DNA of 63,116 nt, counting the filler, from Craspedostauros australis (taxonomy: Eukaryota): assembly GCA_030167865.1 (NCBI GenBank). It is 10 parts of 10 records of this genome, joined end to end, with 100 filler letters (N's around TTAATTAATTAA, not from the genome) between each part and the next. Parts side by side here need not be neighbours in the genome. Positions count along the whole stretch, not along the records: positions 35,638 to 49,141 come from JALAGF010000358.1; 9 more parts are not named here. The stretch is one strand, 5' to 3'. Below the pieces are notes generated by a model. The model saw only the letters and a list, made by a program, of their open reading frames with translations. It did no database searches and was not told the origin of the DNA. The translations under genes were made by a program, and so were the position numbers. Below, piece after piece: positions 36,031 to 45,758 of this stretch. Numbering within the stretch: position 1 is the first letter of the stretch; every line of letters starts with the position of its first letter.

Positions 36031-37992
36031 ATGGAACTGCCGACTGCAGCACGCAAGAATCCGTGCGAGGAGAAGCAGCCGAAGCGTCAGAAACAGATGA
36101 GCGTGCGCCATGTCGTCGCGACCGAGCATGTATTGGTCGTGCCGCGTCACATGACGCAGTCATCGTACAAGCTGCTGCTGCAGAACGGCTGTGCCGCGTT
36201 GGGCCGGCATCTCGATGGACGGTTTGGTTCGAGGACGCATTCCGTGACCGTCGACGATCTGCGCAAGTACGGTGCGCTGTCGTCGTCGTCGTCGTTGTTA
36301 CCGGACACGGGTGCAGACGCGGGTGGTACAAGTACGACTGTGACAACGGCAGTTGATGCTGAGACGAAGACAGATGATGCAGCTGATGCAGTTGACTCAG
36401 TTGATCCAGCGGCTGACGATACACAGCAACAGCAACCAACTAGAGAGAAGAAACAACCGCCGAAACAATCACAGACGCCGCCATACCGGGGTTTGCCAAT
36501 TCCCAGCAAGGACGTCGTGCTGGAGGTCGCCAAAACGGTCCCCGAACTGCACAGGCTGATTCATGACACCCCGGACGTGTTCATTGTGGAGAAGCCGTAT
36601 GAACCAGCGCCGAAGCATCGTGCACGCGAACCACCTCTCATTGACGCGCGCGAGGAAGCACACAAGGAACCAGCCGATTTCGACCTTGCATCCTTCCTGC
36701 ACAACACCAAGACGACCACGCGCAAGGACGCAGCATTCACGTACGCCGAGCTCTTCGCCGGCGTGGGTGGATTCGGCGTGGCGTTGGAAGCCTTGGGTGG
36801 AAATTGCGTCTTCTGTTCCGAACTGCTGCCGGAATGCCGCGAGCTGTACAAGATCAACTTCCCCAACACGCTGCCCCAGAATTTGCATGGCGATATCTAC
36901 GAGGTGAAGGATGATCAGTTCCCCAAACAGTGCGATCTGCTGGTGGGCGGATTTCCATGCCAGCCCTTCTCGTCGTTGGGCCAGCAGCCCGGCCTCGAGG
37001 ACTCCAAGGGGGTCCTGTACCTGCAGATCGTGCGATTCCTCAACGTGTCGAAGCCGACCGCGTTCCTTCTGGAGAATGTGCCGGGATTGTTGCAGATGAA
37101 GGAGACGGTCACCGTCATCATCGAAGCCATGGAGGAATGCGGATACACCGTGAAGCACAAGGTCTGCTGGGCACGCGGTGTGACGGCCACACAACGCAAG
37201 CGGTTATTCTTTGCGGGACTGCGTCGCGACAAGATGGCACCCGCCTTCGAATTCCCGTACATCCCCGACCTGCAACTGAAGGCCTGCGACGTGATCGAGT
37301 ACAACATGCCCGACGACACCTGGCTCACCAACATCCTGCGCGTCAACGACAGCATCATGGACCAGCTGCTGACGGGCAAACGCTTCCGCACGGCGCGCTT
37401 GGCATGGCCCAACACCTCGTGCGACACGTTCACGAGCCACTACGGATCGTCGGTGGGACGTGGCGAGACGCAGCTCGTGCCGTCGCCGTATCCGCATCAT
37501 CCACGGCGCTTCTCACCGCGCGAGTGCGCACGGATCATGGGATTTCCGAATTGGTATCGGATCCCGGCCAAACCGCGGCAGCATCAGGGCGACGCGGCCT
37601 ATCTCAAGTCGCTGTACCGCATGTTCGGCAACGCCGTGTGTCCGCCGTTGATCGCGGCGTTGGCCGGTGCCGTGTTGCAGCATTGCGGGTTGGCGCAGCG
37701 CGATTGGGAAGCGTTGGGTCGCAGGACCGCCGTGCAGTTGGCGTACGATTCCACCATCGATCGGCCGTCGAGCAATTTGAACAGCACGTGTTTGTCGCCG
37801 CAGTTTTTGGAGGCGATCGACGGGCTGTTCGAGGAACGGAACCGTTGGAAGACGTGCGATGAGAATGGTGTCATGAAGGTGAAAGATACTCATGCTCAGA
37901 CGAGAACAACAGCAGAAGAGAAAGTGGCTGCGACTACGACCACGACTGCGGCAGTAGTTCAGACTGCAGAGACAGACGGGAAGGAATCATAG
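36031..37992 (+). CDS. C5-cytosine DNA methyltransferase, bacterial-like (DNMT6-like), intronless
   Basis: Motif I ELFAGVGG, IV GGFPCQPFS, VI LLENVPGL, VIII QRKRLF, IX RRFSPRECARIMGFP, X FGNAVCPP, all intact and in order. Confidence 0.93.
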   Translation: MELPTAARKNPCEEKQPKRQKQMSVRHVVATEHVLVVPRHMTQSSYKLLLQNGCAALGRHLDGRFGSRTHSVTVDDLRKYGALSSSSSLLPDTGADAGGTSTTVTTAVDAETKTDDAADAVDSVDPAADDTQQQQPTREKKQPPKQSQTPPYRGLPIPSKDVVLEVAKTVPELHRLIHDTPDVFIVEKPYEPAPKHRAREPPLIDAREEAHKEPADFDLASFLHNTKTTTRKDAAFTYAELFAGVGGFGVALEALGGNCVFCSELLPECRELYKINFPNTLPQNLHGDIYEVKDDQFPKQCDLLVGGFPCQPFSSLGQQPGLEDSKGVLYLQIVRFLNVSKPTAFLLENVPGLLQMKETVTVIIEAMEECGYTVKHKVCWARGVTATQRKRLFFAGLRRDKMAPAFEFPYIPDLQLKACDVIEYNMPDDTWLTNILRVNDSIMDQLLTGKRFRTARLAWPNTSCDTFTSHYGSSVGRGETQLVPSPYPHHPRRFSPRECARIMGFPNWYRIPAKPRQHQGDAAYLKSLYRMFGNAVCPPLIAALAGAVLQHCGLAQRDWEALGRRTAVQLAYDSTIDRPSSNLNSTCLSPQFLEAIDGLFEERNRWKTCDENGVMKVKDTHAQTRTTAEEKVAATTTTTAAVVQTAETDGKES

Positions 37993-38299
37993 CAGTGGCA
38001 ATAGAGTACACACAGACACCACAGCGTAGCAGAGCAGGCTGTCACATGGGAAGCAGTATTCGTATGCGACGAGTATATTCTGTACGAGCCATGCGTGGTA
38101 TAATGCCAGGGATACTACAATACTACTAGTATGTTATGTTCGATGTTCGAGAACACCACGTACGAGCAGTAGTAGTAGTAGTATGGTTCGATGAGAGAGG
38201 AGAAGACGATGGACTGCGATCGCCATGGTCGACCGCGCTTGCGTGAAGTATGGCATCATATCATACCAAATGATGACGATCCATCCATGCATCGCACGC

Positions 38300-38791
38300 T
38301 CACGAGAACTGCCAACTATCCGTCGCATAATAATGCGCCTCTTCATCATTGACATGATACGCGCTGCCGGCCTTGATGCGCAATCTCGCGACGAGATCGA
38401 CCAAATCATGGTCGATGGCGCAGACGCGTTCGCCGGCCAACGTGCCTGCCGCACATCTGGATTGGATGTAGAGGATCTGTCGCAGGTAGGATGCGGCGCG
38501 CTTGTGGTCGTTGTTGTCGTTGTTGTCGTCGCAGTAGGCGAATTCACGCGCCTTGTTGAAGAAGAAGACGGCATTCTCCTCCGTCTCCGACATGCGTGGC
38601 GTGTAGGCCGTGGAGGGGATGACGCCAGGGAAGAAGTGGAGGGCGGAATGGGGGCGATCTCCGATCGATTGGTCGTGCGAAGCAGCCGTTGCGCGTGGAT
38701 GGGTGATGGGTGTCATTGTGAATGCATCCGCAGTCCAGGACATGGACATGGACAGCAGGAGGCCGAGCTTCATTGCGGATGGTTGCTTCAT
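38300..38791 (-). CDS. Small plastid-targeted hypothetical protein
   Basis: Signal peptide ending ADA|F followed by a transit-like segment; compact helical domain with a Cys pair (QSRCAAGTLAGERVC). Confidence 0.65.
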   Translation of the reverse strand: MKQPSAMKLGLLLSMSMSWTADAFTMTPITHPRATAASHDQSIGDRPHSALHFFPGVIPSTAYTPRMSETEENAVFFFNKAREFAYCDDNNDNNDHKRAASYLRQILYIQSRCAAGTLAGERVCAIDHDLVDLVARLRIKAGSAYHVNDEEAHYYATDSWQFS

Positions 38792-38968
38792 CTTTGATTG
38801 TTGAGTTGAGTTGAGTTGAGTTCTATTGACTTGTGCAGTTGGCTTGAGATTATGATCACAATGATGACACTGATGTCGAAATGATGCAGAGCATGTGATG
38901 GATCGCACCACCTTTTCTCCTTGATGTTCCTTTTTCTGTGGTCGTCGCTTCTCTGCGAGATGTCACCT

Positions 38969-39061
38969 TGACGTCAACGGCGATGATTGGCGCACGTCAT
39001 GTTCTCATTCTTCGATTTGGGAGAAGGAGATGTCACGAATCTTCGGAATTCGGTGACGTCA
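38969..39061. promoter_or_regulatory. Cluster of three TGACGT (bZIP-type) motifs and a CCAAT box upstream of the small plastid gene
   Basis: TGACGTCA 38969-38976, GATTGG 38985-38990, CACGTCA 38993-38999, TGACGTCA 39054-39061. Confidence 0.45.
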
Positions 39062-39262
39062 GCTAGACTTCCGTGACACCATGTCTAGACCTGAGACATT
39101 TCTGTTGCATTCGGACGACGAAGGACGTTTCTCTGCGCTTTCATCTCACATTCTTTCTCGTTCCATCTCACATTCTTCGCGATACCATACCGATCGTACA
39201 ACACTACACAACATCTATTCTATTCCACTATACTCGCATTATATTATACGTTTTACATTCCA

Positions 39263-41167
39263 TTACGCGCCCAAAGCAATACGCACCAACAGACGCTGAC
39301 AGAAGGGAATGCTGACCACGGCCGCCGACACGGACGCCACCAACGTCATGGCGACGGCCGCAAAGGGGAAGGCGTCCTTCTCATCGGCAATGGCGGCCGT
39401 GCCGAGACCGTGCGATGCGGCACCGATGGCGAGACCGCGCGCGACGGGGTCGTGCACGCCGCAGGCCGACAGCACGGAGGCACCGAAGTTGGCGCCCAGC
39501 AAGCCCGTCACGATGGCGATGCTGACCGTGAGGGGGATGTTGGCGCCGAGCATAGACCCCGTCACCATGGCAAGGGCCGATGTGATGTTGCGGCTCAGGA
39601 GGGACAGGGCGACGGATTTGGTGGCCGTGGACATGAGGAGACGCACCATGGCGGCGGTGCCGAACAGCCCGGAGATGGTGGAGACGCCGATGGAGGTGGC
39701 GACCTCGGCCATGTTCTCGCGCATCAGCTTGCGGCGGTCGTACATGGAGATGCCGAGGCTGAAGATGGCGGGTCCCAGCAGGAAGAGGAGGAGGTCGGCG
39801 GCGCCTGCCGTGCCTGCGGAGAGGCTGCCCGTCTTGAAGGAGCGCAGCACGCCGCGGAAGGTGTTGCCGGTGACATGCGCCAACGCACCGGCGGACAACC
39901 ACGTCAAGGTGGTGCATGTCACGAGGGGATGCAAGATCTTGGTCACCTTCTTGGGAAAGCGGGCACCGAAGACGAAGTTGTGGATGGTGGAGAAGAGCAT
40001 GAACCCCGTGGCGAAGGGTGTGGCCATGGATTGGAAGAGGGTGGTCTTGGCGGTGACGACGGACAGGAGACCGAACGTGGCCATCAGCGACCGCAGACCC
40101 TTCACGGTTTCATCCGCAAATGGCTTGGCTGGTTTGCTGTCGTTGATCGCCGGTGCGCAATTGGGTCTGTCAGTGCCATCGCAGGATCGATCCATCAAGC
40201 GGCGCACGCCAAGCACCGAGAATGCAGTGAGGAGGAGCGAGGCGAAGAAGCCACCTCCGATGATCGCTGCTGCTTTGGCGGCCTGCAATTGAAGTGCATG
40301 AGGGTGCAATTGTGGGTGCAATTGTGGTTGTGAATTGGTGAGAGAGCGGGATGAATGAAGCAGCAAGGTTGAATGGCATCGCAGAAGGAACCGATACAAT
40401 GGCATGGAAGGGCGACCAAGACACAGCAAGGAAGAGACGCAGAGAGAGACAGGCCCATCTGTTTTCGAACGAATCGGATGAACCGCTTTGGGCTCGTTCG
40501 TGTTCTCTCTGGTGGCCCCAAAAAATGATGCAGTGTTCGCTTCGTGCGCTTCCACGATTCCCACACTTGACATTCTTCCCCTCACTTTTTTGGAGACTGA
40601 CTGCATTCAATCATCCAGCCACTGTATGCAATCATCATCCATCGCGCATCCACCATTCATTCACTCATGCATTCACTTCGCTCCACTTACTTCGCCCGCC
40701 GTCGCAAAGGACGGTGCCAACGGCAACTGAATGAGACTGGGCACCAAAAAGACTTGCAACCATTTGGCCAGAAAGGTGGCACCCGGCTTGAGGGCGCCGT
40801 ACAGCTGCGGCGCCATGAGCATCGTGGCAAATAGGACGCCGCATCCCGCCAACGGACTGGGAAAAGCGACGCCAGCTTGCGCAAAGCCCGTCTTGAACAC
40901 GAGATTGAGAACGACGAAGATGGCCGTCGACGACAGCGATTGCAGCAGGATCTTGCGTTCTTGCGATGCGCCAGCGGCCGTGGACTTCGCGGCCTTGGTT
41001 TCCTCAATGGAAAGGTTCTCGTCGTTGTTCGATACGACGATGGAAGCGTATCGTTGCGTTGTTGGTCGTGCGATTGCACGCTGCGGTGCTGCCAAGGCGA
41101 ACGCCTCGGACGTGCCGGCCAAGACCGCAGCGGCGATCGCGAGTCGCAGAATGTTGCGCGTCCACAT
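39263..41167 (-). CDS. PLGG1: Plastid LrgA/LrgB-family transporter (PLGG1-like glycolate/glycerate translocator), exons 41167-40691, 40282-39263
   Basis: SEA|FAL bipartite presequence; LrgA-like FPSPLAG...LAKWLQVFLVPSL; LrgB-like LLGPAI, RNITSALA, ARGLAIGAASHGLGTAA; GTAAGT...CAG phase-0 intron. Confidence 0.88.
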
Positions 41168-42486
41168 GATGATCAAAGAAGTGGAGAATGGAATGGAATG
41201 GAACGGAAGGCGAGGTTGTCAACGACTCAGATGTAGACGACGAAGACGATGGCGGAGTTGCTGGATGAACTGCGCTTTGCCAATCTCATTTGAATCAGAG
41301 AAGTTCTTTAGTGGTGGTACTGTTGCTGTTGCTCTTTGCTTTCCGCGTTTGTGATGGATGGGCTTTGGAAGAGTATGTATGCCTGTCGAGTGGGTACGAC
41401 TACGCTACTGCTTTTCTATGATCTGATCTGCTCTGTTCTGATGACGAAGAGGAACGATAGCTGTTGGTCCAGCTCAGTTGTGCTTGTGGGTTGTTCTGTG
41501 AAGGCGGACTGTGATCGTCGGTGAATGCTGATCAGCTGTTGGCTGGTTGGTTGGTTGCTTGACTGGTTGGTTGGTTGGTATGATGCTGTTGATTGCAGTT
41601 GTCAATGGACCGTACTAACACTCTTGACAGCACTTCACTCATTCACTCTTGACAACTCTTGGCAACTGGTCTCTGTTGTTTGGTTGAGGAACTTGATGAT
41701 GGAAAGATCAAATGGATCGGCCGTCAACGATGTCAGTTGTCAATGGTTGCTCTTGTGGTGGAGATGGTGCTGGTGGTGTCGACCTCATCCATTCGCAAGT
41801 ACGTCGGCACAAATGTGATGAAGAGCATTGGTTTGAAATTTCGTCGCACGATCAACGAATGGTGGTTGAACGAGCCCAGAATTATCGTTCCATCAATCGC
41901 CGGAAACCTCGCAGAACACAAGGCCTCTTTATCCTTATCTGTAAACTAAGAGAAACGGTGATTTCAGAACAACTATCGTTTCAACTTCATGAGCAACATC
42001 AAAATCACGCCAAGGATAAGCGAACGAGGTCCACAGAAAAACTGCCGACGAACGCAGACACTTGGATGGCCTGACTCGGCAGACGTGGTCTTGTGCGTCA
42101 CATCCACGTCTGCAGCAATAAGTTCCAAGAGCAATCGCGATACGCAACGCACGTTGCAATTGGAAGTACGATCACCAACAATCCAATCTCCGGCTGTTCT
42201 GTGAGTTGTGATACTCAAACGATAACTTCATTGCTTGTTCTCTACATTCGTCATTCCTTACTCGTACGATGCCACGCTACTCCATAACTTCTGCTACCCA
42301 TGTTGGTTCTGGATCTTCGAACGCCAACCACCATCACATTTCTTCCTCCACTTCTGTCGCGCAACTCGATACAACCTCCAACTCGCCATGACTTGCCTCT
42401 GCTCCGCCTTCCTACTTCCCTGCATACAGTACCTATGAACCTCCCACCCCACACTCACTCGCTCACTCACTCACACCCGCTCCACT

Positions 42487-43434
42487 CTACTTCCCTTTAC
42501 GCCTCGGGGACCAAAACGACAATCGCCGGCGCTGCGCCGGCTTGTCGTCGTGCGCTGACCGCAAATGCTCCTTCGACCGCGCATCCAAAGGAGACAGCGC
42601 CGTTTCGACATACTGCGGCGACGCCGCCAGATCTTCGAGGTACACCACCTTGCTGGCACCCGTCGGCGGTTCGTGACGCACGCAGCGGCCCGTGTGGACG
42701 GATCGGTAGTAGAGGATTGGATTTAGGCTCTTGTTCATGTAAAAGCGTTGCACCCACACATCCTGATCGCCGTAGGCTTGGTACTTCTTGTGGTGCGTGG
42801 GGTCCGTCTTGGGATGTGACGCAGAATAGTCGCGAGCATGGCGGCGGCGGCGCGATGGGGGAGTCGCGGGCGCGGTGAAGAAGGCCTCCTCCGGCGGAGT
42901 TGCTGTTGAACCGCTCAGTTGCATCCCTGCTGCCTCTTCATCGCTGCGAACCACAGACTTTGCAGATGATGCCTCCAAACCACCACGACTGGCATGCGAG
43001 GACGCCGTGGATCCTGCCGATGACAACGATGATGACGACGCGGATCGTGCGAGTGCGGTCCGGTATTGGATGTCGGAATGATACCGTGGCACGAATGGCT
43101 TGGCTCGTTTGCTTGTCGCCGCGGTCTTCTTCTTCTTCGCTGTCATGGTGGAAGATGCCGACGTCGATGAGAGGGACGCAGTGGATGTCTGTCGCAGCGA
43201 CATGCTTCGGCGGTGGTTCATCTGTTTGCTGTCGTTTTGCTTTGCGGTTATCGTACTGTTGCTGCGTTGCAAGTGACTTCCGTGTGATGATCCTGTGTCG
43301 TCGTCGTCGTCGTGAACGGAAGTGTGTTGGACGGCGGAAGGAGTGCGAGGCATCACCAGCTGCGGTGGCAAGCGATACATCGTTGATGCGACGGGTGATG
43401 GCGGCGATGTCTCCAGATCGTCGAGCAGTGCCAT
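42487..43434 (-). CDS. Hypothetical Ser-rich protein with a C-terminal WW-like module
   Basis: Long ORF; WVQRFY...LYYRSVHTGRCVRHEPP resembles a degenerate WW domain. Confidence 0.6.
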   Translation of the reverse strand: MALLDDLETSPPSPVASTMYRLPPQLVMPRTPSAVQHTSVHDDDDDTGSSHGSHLQRSNSTITAKQNDSKQMNHRRSMSLRQTSTASLSSTSASSTMTAKKKKTAATSKRAKPFVPRYHSDIQYRTALARSASSSSLSSAGSTASSHASRGGLEASSAKSVVRSDEEAAGMQLSGSTATPPEEAFFTAPATPPSRRRRHARDYSASHPKTDPTHHKKYQAYGDQDVWVQRFYMNKSLNPILYYRSVHTGRCVRHEPPTGASKVVYLEDLAASPQYVETALSPLDARSKEHLRSAHDDKPAQRRRLSFWSPRRKGK

Positions 43435-44420
43435 GCTGGCCTCCGATGACACTGTCACGATGGACGATGAATGAAAGAAAGGAAGAGAGAGAGAAAGAGA
43501 ACAGTGAGCGAAGGCATTTGGTGTCGCATCGCACGACAGCAACATCATGCACTGTGCACATACCTTCATCCACCATCCCGTTGCTTGATACGGATCCGTC
43601 ATCGCCTTGCATACGCTGGCGCTGCACATCCGATTGCACGCGGCGCAGCAGCCGCGGGTGCTTGTACAGCATGGCAACATCCATGGTTCAATTGTTGTTG
43701 CGCTTTGCTGTGTCTTGCGAATTGTGATGCAACGACGTTTCCCTCTGCATCGTTATTACAGCACGGTATTGCATGGTGTGGTCGTACCGCGAGCCATCAT
43801 CATCCTTGCATGCATGCAAACCACCATCATCCACGGTCGCTTGCTTGTTATGGGCGAGCAACAGGACGATCTTGTTTGTTTGCGTCCGTACCTGTTGGCG
43901 GAGCGGTTTCTTCCATCGTGGAGCCTCAGGTCGTGATTGACAGGATTCGTTGAATCACGCATCATAAATAGTCGGATGAGTCAATGATGTATCACGATTC
44001 TGGAAATCTAGAGAACAAGTAGAGAACGATCAAGGCTGCTCATCATGGTACCATGGACTTGAAGACGAGAGCATTGGTCCATCCAGGCTGCGGTAAATGG
44101 AAGTGGCGCCATGGCATAGAGTTGCGGTGGAGTCCCTCAGACACACAGCGCAAGGTTCGTCCATGATCATGTATCCGAACATCGTGATGAGTGAGATCGA
44201 CAGCACGCGCATTCGATCCGGGTAGAGCATGGCGACAGTTGTGTCTGCCCTTGCTTTGCCGTACTGTATGTCTAAGTGATGGTCTAGCAGTGCCTGACCT
44301 GAATCGTTGTGCTGATCTATCGTGCTAATCCTTTGTGTAATGCTATGCTGTGCTATTGTATGCTATGTATAGGAAGTTGCTGTGAGGTACCAATGCTCTA
44401 CTCTAATTGATCCATGCTGT

Positions 44421-45758
44421 CTAGTTGACCAACCCCAAGACCTCATCGACGACCGACAGGGTGCTCTCGGATGTGGTGCTCGTGGTGGCCTTGTGCGGAC
44501 TACTCGTGTCATGCGACGGCGATGATGATGCGCAGCGCCGCATGATGGAATGGCATTTCTGATCCAGCGACAGCTTGGAGCTGAACTGTTTCGTTGCCGC
44601 CAACAGAGTGACGCTGGTGGGAGAACAGTACGATGGCACTGTGGGTTGCGGTTGCTTCTTCATATTGAGGAAGAGTGGTGATGAGACCGGTTCTGTTGGC
44701 GGCGCGCTGCGGATGATATCGATCATCTCACTGGCATCCAAGGACTGGTTCTCTTCGCTCGACATGCTGCTGTGAGCCGTCGTGTGTGACGACGTGCCGC
44801 TGAGATCGGCATCGAGATCCACCTGGACAACGGACCGCGCGCGCGATGGTGGCAGCGGACAATGTTCGCGTTGTTGCAGGCGCTTCATCATGTGACGGCG
44901 GTGGTAGGAGGTCGGGCTCGTTGGTGCGGCCGGAAATACGGCATTTTGCTTCGACGATGATTGCTTCTGGGATGCCAGGTATCGCGGCGGGATTCCGTCC
45001 TGCGGTGTGGAGTCTTTGCGCCGCGGTTTGAGCGGGATCATATCGCCCCTGCTGCCGGCACGGGGCAGCCCGCTGACGGCGGCGTTCGTGGCGAAGGTCT
45101 GGGCGGACGAATTGCGCGACGAGGCCAGCGAACCGAGGTTGCGTCTGGACGATAGGCGGCGTGCCGGTCTGGCGGTGCGTGGCGTAGAAGTGTCGCTGAC
45201 GCTGTCGCCATCGAGGAGGATCTCGCTGCAGTCATCGGCGCTGCGGGCCCTCTGCAGGCGCACGCACCGACGTGTGGGGCTCATGAGTATCTGATCGGCC
45301 TGGTTGGAGGAGTCGAGCACGTTCCATCTGGAGGTGGGCAGCAGCGGTGTGGTGGTGCCGAGAGACTTGGATCGGCGCTGCGAGAGATTGGGCAGGGATG
45401 TGGACTCGCGGACCTTGTGCTTGCACTGTCTCTGTTGCGGAAGCTGTTGCTGGTGATGGCGTTGATGCGATGTGTTGTTGCTGATGAGGGCGTCACATCC
45501 ATCGGACATGTCGTCGAGGGTGATGCTGCTGGTGCTGCTGTCATCTCCATCGTTGTTGTTGTTGTTCATCATGTTGTTGTCGCAGTTGAGGAAGGAGGCG
45601 CTGTTGTTGACATCATTGTTGACATCATTGTTGACATCATTGTTCACATCATTGCTGGAGATGGTTGGGATGAAGATGAAATTGAACGGCAGAAGCTTGT
45701 CTCCGTTTCTGCCCATGCAGCCGACCTGGATGCCGTTCGTGTTGTAGCTGTCGATCAT
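44421..45758 (-). CDS. Hypothetical low-complexity Ser/Arg/Asn-rich protein
   Basis: 445-aa ORF with coding-like GC content and no recognisable domain. Confidence 0.6.
   Translation of the reverse strand: MIDSYNTNGIQVGCMGRNGDKLLPFNFIFIPTISSNDVNNDVNNDVNNDVNNSASFLNCDNNMMNNNNNDGDDSSTSSITLDDMSDGCDALISNNTSHQRHHQQQLPQQRQCKHKVRESTSLPNLSQRRSKSLGTTTPLLPTSRWNVLDSSNQADQILMSPTRRCVRLQRARSADDCSEILLDGDSVSDTSTPRTARPARRLSSRRNLGSLASSRNSSAQTFATNAAVSGLPRAGSRGDMIPLKPRRKDSTPQDGIPPRYLASQKQSSSKQNAVFPAAPTSPTSYHRRHMMKRLQQREHCPLPPSRARSVVQVDLDADLSGTSSHTTAHSSMSSEENQSLDASEMIDIIRSAPPTEPVSSPLFLNMKKQPQPTVPSYCSPTSVTLLAATKQFSSKLSLDQKCHSIMRRCASSSPSHDTSSPHKATTSTTSESTLSVVDEVLGLVN

Noticed and set aside
3161..37992. DNA glycosylase plus C5 methyltransferase as a linked methylation/demethylation or restriction-modification-like system
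   Set aside because: More than 30 kb apart and separated by five artificial linkers; no evidence of physical or functional linkage, and no nuclease beside the methyltransferase.
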